Assembly (NCBI GenBank): GCA_963706445.1
Contig: OY970160.1
Span: forward strand, 160,001 to 224,000
Length of the DNA: 64,000 bases
Source of the DNA: an uncultured Nitrososphaerales archaeon
Lineage (GTDB): Archaea > Thermoproteota > Nitrososphaeria > Nitrososphaerales > Gagatemarchaeaceae
Direction of reading: 5' to 3'
Shown here: positions 15,578 to 26,050 of the stretch, in pieces
Numbering within the stretch: position 1 is the first letter of the stretch
Layout: every line of letters begins with the position of its first letter
Notes under the pieces: generated by a model
Seen by the model: the letters and a program-made list of their open reading frames with translations, nothing else
What the model was told of the DNA's origin: nothing
Database searches by the model: none
Position numbers and translations under genes: made by a program

Positions 15578-16633
15578 TTGATAGTCAACGAGTTCAACCC
15601 GAAGCACGGCTTCTGTTCGCTTACCATCGAGTCCGCCGAGGACCTCTGGACCCTGAGGCGTCTGATAGCGAAGGGAGACGTCCTTGTCACCCGCAGCTCG
15701 AGGGTGGTCAAGAAGGAAGACGAGTACTCGCGCCCCGACAAAGGGGAGCGGGTGAAGGTGACCATCGCGCTTTCAGTGGACGACGTCCACCTAGACAACA
15801 GCATCGAAAGAATCCGCGCGAGAGGCACCATCATCGAGGCGAGCGACGAGACCGTCCCCAAGGTGGGGTCGCACTCGGTCACCCTCAGTCCGGGCCACTC
15901 CATCACGATACGGAAACGCGTATGGACACCCCTCGACATCAACCTCGTCCGTCCGCCGAGGCGCTCCGAGTCCAGGTTCGTCCTCGTCGCAGCCGACCGG
16001 AGGGAGGCGGGCCTGGGGACCCTCGGTGGTTCCCACCTCTCATATTCGACAACAATCGAGTCGGGGCTGGGGGGGAAGATGGGAGACGAACAGAGCCCCA
16101 AGCCGTACATCTCCAAGGTGGTCGACACAGTCGCCCAGATTCACCATGAAGGGGAGATCGTCGTGGTAGCCGGCCCCGGGAACTTCAAGAATGCGATTGC
16201 CAACCAGATTAAGGAGAAGCTGAAGCCGGCGCAAGTGAGCGTCCTCGAGGGCCTCGATCTGACTGGTGCGGACGGGGTCAGAGCCCTCGTCAAGGTCCCG
16301 GCCTTCGAGAACCTGGCCAAGGACTCGCTGGTAGTGGAACTCCAGAAGCTGGTCGGAGAGGTCGTCATGAGGATCTCCACCGCTGACCCGAAGGTCGCCT
16401 ACACCCTCTCCAGAGTTAGGGCCGCCGCAAGTGCCGGGGCGGTAGAAGCGTGCGCTGTATCCGACGACGTGTTTTCGTCCGGGATAGACGAGGCTGAATT
16501 GGTGGATACTTTGAACCTAGTCGAGAGCAAGAGAGGATTGGTCTACTTGGCTGACTCGTCCATGGAGTATGGGAAGCAAGTCTCCTCTTTCGGGGGCATC
16601 GTCGCCCTCCTGAGGTACGCGCTTAGAGCTTAG
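15578..16633 (+). CDS. pelA: mRNA surveillance protein pelota (Dom34)
   Basis: ESAEDLWTL, AGPGNFK, FGGIVALLRY. Confidence 0.88.
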   Translation: MIVNEFNPKHGFCSLTIESAEDLWTLRRLIAKGDVLVTRSSRVVKKEDEYSRPDKGERVKVTIALSVDDVHLDNSIERIRARGTIIEASDETVPKVGSHSVTLSPGHSITIRKRVWTPLDINLVRPPRRSESRFVLVAADRREAGLGTLGGSHLSYSTTIESGLGGKMGDEQSPKPYISKVVDTVAQIHHEGEIVVVAGPGNFKNAIANQIKEKLKPAQVSVLEGLDLTGADGVRALVKVPAFENLAKDSLVVELQKLVGEVVMRISTADPKVAYTLSRVRAAASAGAVEACAVSDDVFSSGIDEAELVDTLNLVESKRGLVYLADSSMEYGKQVSSFGGIVALLRYALRA

Positions 16634-16889
16634 CTAGGTAGGGGAAGATGAACTCGGCGATCACAGCGAGCGCGACCCCGCCCTTGATTAGGTCTTTGCC
16701 TAGGCGTCTTTCGAGGTGGGTAAAGTAGAGGAGCACCCCGAGCATCAGGAGGGTGACGTAGGCGAGGCGAGACAGGTCTATCACCGTCGAATCTATCGTC
16801 CCTAGGAGCACCGCCATCGCCGAAGTGAACTCCTGGGTGAACTGCTGAATCAGGCCCTCCACCCCCGGAGGAGGCTGGTCGCTCGACAT
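16623..16889 (-). CDS. Small hypothetical membrane protein
   Basis: Two hydrophobic helices; co-oriented downstream of the site-2 protease. Confidence 0.6.
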   Translation of the reverse strand: MSSDQPPPGVEGLIQQFTQEFTSAMAVLLGTIDSTVIDLSRLAYVTLLMLGVLLYFTHLERRLGKDLIKGGVALAVIAEFIFPYLAKL

Positions 16890-16926
16890 CGAGATACTAA
16901 CTGGTTTTTCCATTTAACGGGCAACG

Positions 16927-18186
16927 TCACAGAAGCCAGGGTACGGCGATGACTCCCAGAATCAGTCCGATGACTGCCAATGTTGCAGCCGCCGTAATCC
17001 TCATCACCGTCTTCTCACTCAACTTCCCTTTACCGAGGGCTTTCACTCCTACCATGAAGGCTTGCCCGCCATCCAGAGGATAGATTGGGAGGGCGTTGAA
17101 GATGGCCAGGTTGAAGTTGAGGAAGAAGATCCAGTAGATTAGATTGACTGCGGGTATCACGCCTGGCCCCAGCGAGGAAGTATAGAACGGCGACATCGTG
17201 TCAGAGAACGGCACATGTGTCTGGCAGGTGGGGAGGGTCGGGATGCACACGTACAGGAATGGCTGGGTAAACGCCGCTCCTGCATAGGTACTCACCAGAC
17301 CCTGAAGGCTCGAAACGCTCTGAGTCCCCGGAGTCCCCAGGCTCAGGCCGATGAAGGGACTCTTGAAGGTCTGGCCGCTGGATACGTTCTCAAGGAGCTG
17401 ATATGATATCGTGACGTTCTTCTCGAACGTGTTCCCGTCCCTCCAGAGGGTGACCAACACCGTGTTGTTGATCTTGTACCACGGGCTGCTGCTTATGGCC
17501 GAGGGATCGTTCAGAGGCGTGCCGTCTATCGCCAAAATGTAATCGTAGGTCTGGACCCCGGCCTTGCTCAACGGAGAATTGGCGACCACGACCACTCCAA
17601 TTCCCTGTTGGCTGGCCGGCCTCATTGTCGACACCATACCGACGAGGAGCACGAGGCAAAGGAGACCGACAACCAGGTTGATCCCTGCCCCCGCTGCCAA
17701 GACCCTCCCAGAGTGGGACGCAGGCGCTGACTTGATCGCGTTCTCGTCGACATCCACGAAGGCGCCGATCGGCACGAACAGGAAGAAGAGGAGCCCCGAC
17801 GCCTTGACGGGGAGCCCCAGGCTCCTCGCCACGATTCCGTGGGCCCCCTCGTGTATTATCATCGCTATCACGAGTGCTATCCAACCATCGAAGATCGGGA
17901 GGTAGGGGTTGATCCCCGGGATGCCGAGGTTGGCCAACGGGCTGAGAGTGTGGATGTAGGAGATGACTGCGGACCCTCGAGGAGAAAGAAGGATGCCCAC
18001 CTCGCTGACGAAAATGTAGAACCCTATGGCCGCCGCCACGGGCATGACGTAGAGGAGAAACCACCCGGCGGGTTTTGATATCCTGTTCCCACCGAGCCTG
18101 TCCATGATTGCCTGGAATCTTCTGGTCCTCACAAGGGTGATGAGCCCGTAATAGGACTCGAACCTCTTGTACTCCTTCTCTTCCAA
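16927..18186 (-). CDS. Site-2 protease (M50) with PDZ domain
   Basis: HEGAH, GAFVD, NALPIYPLDGG. Confidence 0.92.
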   Translation of the reverse strand: MEEKEYKRFESYYGLITLVRTRRFQAIMDRLGGNRISKPAGWFLLYVMPVAAAIGFYIFVSEVGILLSPRGSAVISYIHTLSPLANLGIPGINPYLPIFDGWIALVIAMIIHEGAHGIVARSLGLPVKASGLLFFLFVPIGAFVDVDENAIKSAPASHSGRVLAAGAGINLVVGLLCLVLLVGMVSTMRPASQQGIGVVVVANSPLSKAGVQTYDYILAIDGTPLNDPSAISSSPWYKINNTVLVTLWRDGNTFEKNVTISYQLLENVSSGQTFKSPFIGLSLGTPGTQSVSSLQGLVSTYAGAAFTQPFLYVCIPTLPTCQTHVPFSDTMSPFYTSSLGPGVIPAVNLIYWIFFLNFNLAIFNALPIYPLDGGQAFMVGVKALGKGKLSEKTVMRITAAATLAVIGLILGVIAVPWLL

Positions 18187-18257
18187 TCTCAGAGTCGGCG
18201 CCGCTGTTCTCGCTTTAAGGATTCAGACTTTATACCGACCGGACGCTGGTCAGCTAC

Positions 18258-19190
18258 ATGGCCGAGTGTCAGCGCTGCGGAGGGCAGGCATTCTACACAC
18301 GGCGCTACTCCGGCGAAACGCTCTGCGCCGCATGCTTCAAGGGTTCCATAGCTGAGAAGACTCGGCGGACGATCTCGAAGTACAGGATGATCGCCCCTGG
18401 GGAGAAGATCGCCGTGGCCGTTTCGGGGGGCAAAGACAGTCTTTCTCTTCTGAAGATACTGACCGACCTCTACCGGCCCCGCCGGAATCAAATCGTCGCC
18501 ATCTCCGTCGACGAGGGGGTCGCAGGGTATCGAGACGAAGCCCTGGCCCACGCGCGGTCTGTGGCCGTAGATCTAGGGGTCGAGCAGGTCCTGGTGTCCT
18601 ACAAGGAACTCTTCGGTTTCTCCCTTGACGAGGCACTCAAATGGGAGGAGGAGAGAGACGTCTCCTCCTGCAGCTTCTGCGGGGTCTTCAGGCGAAGGGC
18701 CATCGACGAGGCCGTGACAAGGGCCGGGGCGTCGGTCGTAGCCACAGCCCACAACCTCGACGACTACGTGCAGACCTTCATGATGAACCTGATGCACGGC
18801 GACGTCGCGCGCTTAGCATGGCTCGACCCGGCGTATTCCGATGATTCTTTCCCCGTGAGGCGAGTCAAGCCCTTCATGGAGATATACGAAGAGGAAGTGG
18901 CCCTCTTCGCTTTCCAGTCGGGGGTCCCCTTCCAGAGCGTAAGCTGTCCCTACATGCACGAGGGGCTGCGCGGCGAGGTCAGGGACTACCTCAACGTCAT
19001 GGAGGCAAACCACCCCGGGATCAAGAACGTCCTCCTGCGGTCCAGCCTCGATGTGATCTCTCACTACGCCCGTTCGCCTGAGAAAGGGACCGTCCCGTGC
19101 ACCAGCTGCGGCAAGCCCTCCACCAGCGGCCTCTGCAACGTCTGCAGGATGAAGGCCGCCATAGAGGAGCACGTTAAATTAGGAGCCTAG
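18258..19190 (+). CDS. tRNA 2-thiolation protein, TtuA/Ctu1/NcsA family (TIGR00269-like)
   Basis: N- and C-terminal Zn fingers, SGGKDS PP-loop, CSFCGVFRRR, TAHNLDD, CPY. Confidence 0.9.
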   Translation: MAECQRCGGQAFYTRRYSGETLCAACFKGSIAEKTRRTISKYRMIAPGEKIAVAVSGGKDSLSLLKILTDLYRPRRNQIVAISVDEGVAGYRDEALAHARSVAVDLGVEQVLVSYKELFGFSLDEALKWEEERDVSSCSFCGVFRRRAIDEAVTRAGASVVATAHNLDDYVQTFMMNLMHGDVARLAWLDPAYSDDSFPVRRVKPFMEIYEEEVALFAFQSGVPFQSVSCPYMHEGLRGEVRDYLNVMEANHPGIKNVLLRSSLDVISHYARSPEKGTVPCTSCGKPSTSGLCNVCRMKAAIEEHVKLGA

Positions 19191-19203
19191 CCGGCGAACC
19201 GCT

Positions 19204-19522
19204 GGCGGTGGGTAGGGTCGGAAGGTTAGCCGTCTTCCAGAATGCTGAAACCGGCTTCATGCAGCGGCCAGTAACCTCCGGGTAAAGCCATCCTCCTCGT
19301 CACCCGCACCGGGCAGGGAAGACGAACTCACGCCGAGGCGGGCGGTCATGAAGGGCAGCCCTTCCGAAGGGGAGGGCCTGACTCTTAATTGCCGAATTGG
19401 GCGAGGTCCGGGAGGGAGCAGCCCTATGGCGACGTGGCCACGCTGCCTCGTCTACGTGGGGGATTCCCCGTCCGGCGAGATGGGAGCGGAGAGTGATGGT
19501 GAACTCCGGGGGAGCTACCGCC
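19204..19522 (+). ncRNA. ffs: Archaeal SRP (7S) RNA
   Basis: Terminal helix GGCGGTGG/CTACCGCC; helix 8 GGGCGAGGTCCGGGAGGGAGCAGCCC; helix 6 CCTTCC-GAAG-GGGAGG; ~320 nt. Confidence 0.88.
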
Positions 19523-19562
19523 ACTCACGTTTTTATCGGCCACAAATCGGCTGGGAACTCGC

Positions 19563-19678
19563 GCAGGGGTAGCCTAGAGTCTCAGACGGGGAGCCTGGTA
19601 AGGCGCAGCCAAGTTGGCGCAAGCTTGCTAAGCCTGTGTCTCTAACGGGACTCGTGGGTTCGAATCCCACCCCCTGCG
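19563..19678 (+). tRNA. tRNA-Ser(GCT) with two non-canonical introns (~19577-19592 in D-loop; ~19609-19622 in anticodon stem)
   Basis: Acceptor GCAGGGG/CCCCTGC, T-arm GTGGG-TTCGAAT-CCCAC, long variable arm; removing inserts restores GCCTAGCCTGGTAAGGC and CAGGC-TTGCTAA-GCCTG. Confidence 0.85.
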
Positions 19679-20979
19679 CTCGATTCACCTGGCGGAGGAG
19701 AGGTTGTCCCGCTAAATCTCAGGTTCCTTAGATAGGGTGAGAAGGCGAAAAGGCCCATTGAGAGGATTATGCCGATGCCTGCAATGGTGTAATCAGTCCC
19801 GATCCCGCTCGCCGTGATGATAATTCCTCCTAGCAGCTGGCCCAGTGGAATTACCGCAGTACTCCCTAGTTGGTCAACTCCAAAGTACCTCCCCTGCATT
19901 TCTGTTGGGACGATGAGCTGGACAGTAGTGAGCCAGGTGGTGTTGAGGAGCCCCAACAGCACTCCCAGCGCGAAGATAAGCATCGAGGAGGTGACCAGCG
20001 AGGGTATGGCGACCAGTCCGAGGGAGGCGAACCCCATCGACACCCCTGAAAGGAGGTACACCTTGCCTGCAAACCGAACTGTCTTGTACCGTGATGATGC
20101 GTACGCGCCGGGCGCCACGCCAAGCAAGAACAGTCCGTTCAGCACGCCGAACAGCGTACCTCCTCCCTTCAGAGTAGTCTCGGTGTAGATCACGAAGAAC
20201 TGCAGGACCATGACGATGAAGAAGTTGGCCACTCCAGATGAAACGGTGAGCTCCAGCAGCCCTCTGTTGCTCCTGATGTAGCCGAGACCCTCGCGAGCAT
20301 CTTGCCAGATAGAGGGTTTCTTGCTCCCGGCTGCCTTGGGTTTGGCGGTGACAGCAACTCCTGAAATCCCCACTATGAGCAATGCCGACAGGAAGAAGGT
20401 CCCTGCATTCAGAGACAGCGCGACCGTAAATCCGAGGAATTCAAAGATCAGTCCTCCGGCCGCGTTGGAAGCAAACTGGATGATTGAGTTCGTGCTCTGT
20501 ACCAGCGCATTGGCGGTGGGCAGCTGGTCATTTCCGACGACCGCGGGTGTCAGGGCACGCTCTGCGGGCTGGAAAAGGGTAGTGAAGGTGCCGAGGATGA
20601 AAGCGACTGCGAGTATCAACGGCAGGTTGAATCCGATCAGTAATAGGTAGAAGACCAGGACCACCAACGCCGCTGCCCGGGCCAGGTCTGAGAGGACCAT
20701 GAGCTTCCTTCTCTCGTACCTGTCCACGAGGACGCCTGCGACGAGGCTGAACAGCACCGTCGCCACGATGAAAGAGACTCCGATGAAGGCGACGTCCAGT
20801 GCTGATTTCGTATTCCCGTATACGATCAGCGTCAGTGCAATCTGGCCTATGGCGAATCCCGCGGCCGAGCCCAACCCCGCTGAGAACAGGCGTGCGAAAT
20901 TCTTGTTTTTCAGGACGGGTGGCAGGCGGCCTCCCTTGCGCCCTCCATCAGTTCCGCCGCTCAGTTCATTCGACACCAC
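19642..20979 (-). CDS. MFS transporter (MefA/EntS-like)
   Basis: GVLVDRYERRK motif A, FQPA, VPTEMQGR; ~12 TM segments. Confidence 0.88.
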   Translation of the reverse strand: MVSNELSGGTDGGRKGGRLPPVLKNKNFARLFSAGLGSAAGFAIGQIALTLIVYGNTKSALDVAFIGVSFIVATVLFSLVAGVLVDRYERRKLMVLSDLARAAALVVLVFYLLLIGFNLPLILAVAFILGTFTTLFQPAERALTPAVVGNDQLPTANALVQSTNSIIQFASNAAGGLIFEFLGFTVALSLNAGTFFLSALLIVGISGVAVTAKPKAAGSKKPSIWQDAREGLGYIRSNRGLLELTVSSGVANFFIVMVLQFFVIYTETTLKGGGTLFGVLNGLFLLGVAPGAYASSRYKTVRFAGKVYLLSGVSMGFASLGLVAIPSLVTSSMLIFALGVLLGLLNTTWLTTVQLIVPTEMQGRYFGVDQLGSTAVIPLGQLLGGIIITASGIGTDYTIAGIGIILSMGLFAFSPYLRNLRFSGTTSPPPGESSAGGGIRTHESR

Positions 20980-21019
20980 CGAAGGGACCTGAGCAGTATG
21001 TGCTCCGATCTAAATTCCG

Positions 21020-22330
21020 TCAACGGAAACGCCGGCCAGCGAATCTGGCCCTAGTTCCTAGCTCCTCGTCTATCCTCAGCAACTCATTGTACTTGGCGAC
21101 CCTCTCGCCCCTAGCCGGTGCGCCGGTCTTGATGAAAGAAACCCCGTACGCTGTGGCAAGGTGCGCGATGAAGGGGTCTCCTGTCTCGCCCGAGCGGTGT
21201 GATACGACGGCCTCCCAACCTGCGCCCGAGCACAATTCGATTGCCGCTATGGTCTCCGTCACTGTTCCTATCTGGTTAAGCTTGACCAGGACAGCATTTG
21301 TCGCCTTCCTCCTTATCCCCTTCTTGATCAAGGACACGTTGGTGACGTAGATGTCATCCCCTATGATCGTCGTCGTCTTTCCGATCCTCTTGGTTATGGA
21401 CGCGAAGGAATCGAACGAGCCTTCCTCGAACGGGTCTTCCAGAGAAAGGAGGCCATACTCGTCTTTGAGCGAGGCGTAGATTCCTTCGAGCTCATTCGAG
21501 TTTAATTTCACTCCGTCTAGAGTGTAGAGGCCCTTTCTTGCATCATAGAACGTCGACGAGGCGGCGTCCATCCCCATCCGCACATCGCTCTCGGCGTATC
21601 CCGCCTTCCTAATCGACTGGCGTATCGCCGCGAGGGCTTCCCTGGTCTTCTTCAGCGGCGGGGCGAATCCTCCCTCGTCCCCCACGTTTATCGCGCTCCT
21701 TCCGTACTTCGCGATTAGAACCTCCTTCAAAGATTGGTAGACCTCAACACCCATCCGGATCGCCTCCGTGCAGGTGTCTGCCCCTACCGGCTCGATCAGA
21801 AACTCCTGTACCGCGAGATCGTTGCCGGCGTGCTCTCCCCCGTTGATCACGTTCATCATGGGAACCGGTAGGGTGTAGCTCAGCGAATCCTTCAGATGTC
21901 TGAACAGGCTCACCAGCTTGACGTTTGCCCCAGCCCAGGCCACTGCCATGGAAGCACCGAGTATGGCGTTTGCCCCGAGCCTGCTTTTGTTACTGGTCCC
22001 GTCGAGCCTGATCATTGTCCTGTCGACTCCTTCTTGGTCGTCGCAATCAAGCCCGCGCAGTCTGGGTCCGATGATTTCGTTCACGTTTCGTACAACCTTC
22101 GTCACCCCTTTTCCATGGAACCTCCTCTTGTCGCCGTCCCTCAGCTCAAGGGCCTCGAGCTTCCCCTTCGACGCGCCCGACGGGACGCTGGCTCTTCCGA
22201 CGGAAGTGTCGGTCAGGACCTCTGCCTCCACCGTAGGGTTTCCTCGCGAGTCCAGCACCTCCCTCGCCCGGACCGCGATTATCTTGCCAGCCTGCTTCAT
22301 GCCCTTCAAGGCATTCGACCTCTGGAGCAC
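21020..22330 (-). CDS. eno: Enolase
   Basis: DSRGNPTVE, VPSGAS, GDEGGFAP, SHRSGET, KTGAPARGER; start may be ATG ~22300. Confidence 0.96.
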   Translation of the reverse strand: MLQRSNALKGMKQAGKIIAVRAREVLDSRGNPTVEAEVLTDTSVGRASVPSGASKGKLEALELRDGDKRRFHGKGVTKVVRNVNEIIGPRLRGLDCDDQEGVDRTMIRLDGTSNKSRLGANAILGASMAVAWAGANVKLVSLFRHLKDSLSYTLPVPMMNVINGGEHAGNDLAVQEFLIEPVGADTCTEAIRMGVEVYQSLKEVLIAKYGRSAINVGDEGGFAPPLKKTREALAAIRQSIRKAGYAESDVRMGMDAASSTFYDARKGLYTLDGVKLNSNELEGIYASLKDEYGLLSLEDPFEEGSFDSFASITKRIGKTTTIIGDDIYVTNVSLIKKGIRRKATNAVLVKLNQIGTVTETIAAIELCSGAGWEAVVSHRSGETGDPFIAHLATAYGVSFIKTGAPARGERVAKYNELLRIDEELGTRARFAGRRFR

Positions 22331-22397
22331 GTTAAATCTGATTCGGCTCGATGCATCCTCTCCAACGCTTATTACCGGTTCCCCTCGCGCGGCTTTT

Positions 22398-22489
22398 GGG
22401 CCGGTCGTCTAGCTCGGTTAGGACGTCGCCCTTACACGGCGAAACGCTGCGGCGCGCCAGAGTCGGCGGTTCGAATCCGTCCCGGCCCA
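22398..22489 (+). tRNA. tRNA-Val(TAC) with an intron in the variable region (~22444-22460)
   Basis: GGGCCGG/CCGGCCC-A, TCGCC-CTTACAC-GGCGA, GGCGG-TTCGAAT-CCGTC; ~17 extra nt after the anticodon arm. Confidence 0.85.
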
Positions 22490-22557
22490 CCTTTCACATC
22501 TTCCCGTCAAATCCCCTTCGAAGAGTTATCTACGGTTTGCCAAAATGGCTGACCCAG

Positions 22558-23064
22558 ATGCCCAACTTCAGGTACATCAGCTGGTCTGAGTATGGGAACC
22601 TGGCCGAGGCGCTGGCGGAGAAGATTCGAGCCAACGGCAAGAAATACGACCTCGTCGTGGGCATAGCAAGAGGGGGGATCCCCGTTGCCATGGTGGTGTC
22701 TGACCACCTGACCGTCAAGATTGACTTTGTCAACGTGAAGTCATACGACGCCATCGGACAGAGGACTTCGCCTCGGATACTTTCCACCCTGACGGAAGGA
22801 GTCGCGGGCAAGGACGTCCTGCTCGTCGACGACCTAGTGGATCAGGGGGACACCATGGTCTTCATCAAGCGGTACCTTAAGGAACAGAAGCCTAGCTCTA
22901 TGGAGACGGCGGTCATGTTCAAGAAACCATGGAGCAAGGAGGAGCCAGACTACTTCTTGGAGAGCGTCTCCGAGTGGATAGTCTTCCCATTCGAGCTAGG
23001 GGAAGTGGGGCGACATAGGGCAGCCATGGAAGCCAGCCCAGAACCCCCCAGTCCAGCTGCCTAG
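22558..23064 (+). CDS. Type I (purine) phosphoribosyltransferase
   Basis: GIARGG, LLVDDLVDQGDT PRPP site, WIVFPFE. Confidence 0.88.
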   Translation: MPNFRYISWSEYGNLAEALAEKIRANGKKYDLVVGIARGGIPVAMVVSDHLTVKIDFVNVKSYDAIGQRTSPRILSTLTEGVAGKDVLLVDDLVDQGDTMVFIKRYLKEQKPSSMETAVMFKKPWSKEEPDYFLESVSEWIVFPFELGEVGRHRAAMEASPEPPSPAA

Positions 23065-24476
23065 ACCAGCGACGCAAGCAACAGCGTGTTGAACCCTATG
23101 ATCAGCGCCACCGTTATCAGGGCCAAGACAATCGTGCGCCTTCTGTTGACCAGCTCTCCCATGAACTTCTTCTTGGAGGTGTAGTAGACGAGCGGGATCA
23201 TGGGCAGAGGAATCATTAGGCTCAGAATGACCTGACTGTAGATCAGCAGGACGAGCGGACTGAGTCCCAGGAGGATGGCTATCGCAGTAGGGAAGACGTT
23301 GACGACCCTTGTTATGATTCTCCTTGCCCATATGTTCCAACGCTTTCCAATCAGACCTTCCATTATGACCTGCCCGGTTATGGTCCCTAGCGCCGAGGCC
23401 GACAGCCCCGAAGCTAGCAGGGTTAGAGCGAAAAGGATGCCTATCGCCGGCCCGTAGATGTGACTCATTCCGACTACAAACTGTTGGACGCTCAGGTTCA
23501 CATTCACTCCTGTACCCTGAAAGAGAGGTATGGCGACGAGGAGTATCCCCGCATTGACCACGCCGGCTATCGTCAGGGCGATAATTGTCTCATTGCGATG
23601 AAGCTTGTTCGTCCTGTGCTTCTGTTCAGGGGTGTAGGTGTGACTGTTGACGTCTGCCCTCTTGGCGGTCATATCGCTGATCGAAGGAGCCTTGACCTTC
23701 CCGCCGATGACCGGAGTCCCGAGGAGGTCCATCTTGTTTTTCGAGAGCCATGAGTGAACGAAGAGTGCATGAGGCATGACCGTCGCTCCGATCATTCCTA
23801 CGGCTATGAAGAGAGCAGTGGCGTCTGGTGCGTTCGGGATAACCGAGCCCACTCCGATCTGCGCCAGGTTGAAATTGCCAATCACAAGCAGGTCGTAGAA
23901 TATACCTATCACCAAAATGCTGATCAGGATGGCGAAGTACTGTTCTATCAGGCGGAATTTCCTGGTCATCATCGTCAACAGGACTATGACATCGAGGGCG
24001 CCGAAAATGGCGCAGTAGATCAGGGGGATGCCGAACAGTATGCTGAGCCCGAGCACTGTCCCCAGATACTCGGCCAGGTCGGTTGCAGCCGCCGCGGCTT
24101 CTGCCGCGAGCCAGTAGGGAATCACATACCTTCTCTTCCCGCCAAATGACTGCCTGACCAGTTCTGCGAGGTGGTGACCCGAGGCTATTCCGAGCTTCCC
24201 TGACAGGTACTGGAGCAGCATCGCCATTCCAGAAGCGAGCCATCCGGCCCAGAGCAGAGCATACTTGTAGCCTGCCCCCGCTGCAAGATCGGTACCATAG
24301 TTGCCGGGGTCCATGTAGGCTATCGAGACCATGAGGGCGGGTCCGACCCACAGAAGGAACTGCTTGAGCGAGAGCGACATAGAACCAGAAGCCTCCGCCT
24401 TCAACAGCTGATCCCCTTGCTCCTCTCGACGGGTATCCTCGGGTGGGACCAAGGTCCTTCTGAAAGGCAGCTTCAT
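23061..24476 (-). CDS. mntH: NRAMP divalent metal transporter
   Basis: AYMDPGN, GATVMPHA, LIYSQVILS; start uncertain (24476 or 24380). Confidence 0.92.
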   Translation of the reverse strand: MKLPFRRTLVPPEDTRREEQGDQLLKAEASGSMSLSLKQFLLWVGPALMVSIAYMDPGNYGTDLAAGAGYKYALLWAGWLASGMAMLLQYLSGKLGIASGHHLAELVRQSFGGKRRYVIPYWLAAEAAAAATDLAEYLGTVLGLSILFGIPLIYCAIFGALDVIVLLTMMTRKFRLIEQYFAILISILVIGIFYDLLVIGNFNLAQIGVGSVIPNAPDATALFIAVGMIGATVMPHALFVHSWLSKNKMDLLGTPVIGGKVKAPSISDMTAKRADVNSHTYTPEQKHRTNKLHRNETIIALTIAGVVNAGILLVAIPLFQGTGVNVNLSVQQFVVGMSHIYGPAIGILFALTLLASGLSASALGTITGQVIMEGLIGKRWNIWARRIITRVVNVFPTAIAILLGLSPLVLLIYSQVILSLMIPLPMIPLVYYTSKKKFMGELVNRRRTIVLALITVALIIGFNTLLLASLV

Positions 24477-24509
24477 GCGACCATCTGGGGCGCCGAATTC
24501 TATATTGAA

Positions 24510-24525
24510 GTTAGACACGTCTAAC
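24510..24525. promoter_or_regulatory. Palindromic DtxR/MntR-type operator
   Basis: GTTAGAC-AC-GTCTAAC between divergent mntH and the DtxR-family gene, next to a TATA-like element. Confidence 0.7.
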
Positions 24526-24618
24526 ATGTTTCTTGATGCCTAGGAATTCTCTGTCCATCTAATATCCGAGCTGCCGCTCTCGCAAACGTTTTTGAACTCA
24601 AGTGAGGGCGCAGCATGC

Positions 24619-25065
24619 ATGAGCGGCCAGTTGCGGGTGGTGCAGTCGAAGAGGGACATCTCGCGCCTCGAAGACTACCTCGAGGCCATCTACAGCCTCA
24701 ACGAGGAGAAGGGGTACGTGAGCGCCGCCGACATCTCCGACAGGCTCGGCGTGAAGCCCGGGACTGTTTCAGGGATGGTCGTCAAACTCGCTTCGAAGGG
24801 TTACCTTGAGCACGAACGGTACAGGGGGATGAGGCTTACCCCCTCAGGGGAGAAGCTCGCGAAGTCCGTGATCAAGAGGCACCATGTCATCGAGGAGCTC
24901 ATCTCGATGCTCGGCGTGGACGGCCAGACCGCCTATGTCGACACCGAAGGCATCGAGCACCACGTGCACCCCAGCACGCTCCGCCGCTTCGAGCGCCTGG
25001 CAGACTACCTCCGTGAGAACCCCCAGACCCTGAAGGCGATCCGGGAGTTCGTCGAAGAGAAGTGA
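24619..25065 (+). CDS. mntR: DtxR/MntR-family metal-dependent regulator
   Basis: EDYLEAIY, HTH, KRHH, EGIEH. Confidence 0.88.
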   Translation: MSGQLRVVQSKRDISRLEDYLEAIYSLNEEKGYVSAADISDRLGVKPGTVSGMVVKLASKGYLEHERYRGMRLTPSGEKLAKSVIKRHHVIEELISMLGVDGQTAYVDTEGIEHHVHPSTLRRFERLADYLRENPQTLKAIREFVEEK

Positions 25066-25074
25066 ACAGCCCGC

Positions 25075-25632
25075 TCAATCGGGCTCGGCGAGCATCGTGC
25101 TAAGTATCCTGTAGGTCAGTCCCCAGACCATGTAGTCTCCCACCAGGTAGGCAGGCATCTGGACGGTCTTGCCGTCGTAGTCGAGTTCGTAGGTCGACTC
25201 TGAGAAAGGTGAAAGGAAGTCTTCGAGGTCCACCCAGCGGAAAGAAGCGACCTCCTGGTTGGGCCTGACTTCGACCCCCCGCCTGAGAACGAAGACGGAG
25301 GGGACGACGTCCATGGTGCCTGTGTGGGTCGTCGTGACACCCCCGTATCCGAGGAAGTCCCCCGCCTTCGCAAGGTCGATCCCCACTTCCTCGAACGTCT
25401 CCCTGACAGCAGTCTCCCTCACCGTCCTGTCTTCCGCTTTCGTCTTTCCCCCAGGGAAGGCTATCTGCCCCGACCAGGGGTCCCCCGAGTGCTCCGCCCT
25501 CTTGATCAGCAGGACGCTCGGATTCTGCCTGTCGCGAACAATGATGGACACCGCTGCGAACCGTAGCCCCTTCTGGGGAGGCTCGCTTGCTACGAGGTTC
25601 TTCGTCAGTTTCGCCAGCAGTTCCCCCGGCAT
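25075..25632 (-). CDS. Nudix hydrolase, CoA pyrophosphatase-like
   Basis: WSGQIAFPGG…AVRETFEEVG, VWGLT. Confidence 0.88.
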   Translation of the reverse strand: MPGELLAKLTKNLVASEPPQKGLRFAAVSIIVRDRQNPSVLLIKRAEHSGDPWSGQIAFPGGKTKAEDRTVRETAVRETFEEVGIDLAKAGDFLGYGGVTTTHTGTMDVVPSVFVLRRGVEVRPNQEVASFRWVDLEDFLSPFSESTYELDYDGKTVQMPAYLVGDYMVWGLTYRILSTMLAEPD

Positions 25633-25698
25633 GTCAAACTATCGCGACGAGGCTCCAATTTTAAATATGCATCGCAGGCCGTCGTTTCAGATTCCGAT

Positions 25699-26040
25699 AT
25701 GGAGACAAGCCATGCCGATTCGACTGTGAGGCTGACCGAAGCAAACTTCGACTCGCTCGTGAAGTCCGAGAGGCCCATACTCGTCGACTTCTGGGCGGTC
25801 TGGTGCGGCCCATGTAGGATCATGGACCCGGTGGTCGAGAGGCTCGCCGCGAAATACAACGACAGGATGCTCTTCGGGAAGGTCAACGTGGACGAAGAGA
25901 TGAACATCTCCTCGCGCTTCGAGGTCTTCTCCATCCCGACTTTCATGGTGTTCAAGAACGGGCGGCCCATGGACGCTGTGATAGGCGCGGTGGGAGAGGC
26001 AGCCCTTGAGCGCCTTGTGCAGAGCGCCATCCAAGGCTAG
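25699..26040 (+). CDS. trxA: Thioredoxin
   Basis: DFWAVWCGPC, SIPT. Confidence 0.95.
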   Translation: METSHADSTVRLTEANFDSLVKSERPILVDFWAVWCGPCRIMDPVVERLAAKYNDRMLFGKVNVDEEMNISSRFEVFSIPTFMVFKNGRPMDAVIGAVGEAALERLVQSAIQG

Positions 26041-26050
26041 CTCGTTCCGC

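Noticed and set aside
19642-19680. MFS gene 3' end overlapping tRNA-Ser (possible att site)
   Set aside because: No integrase and no duplicated tRNA 3' end in the window; simple read-through overlap.
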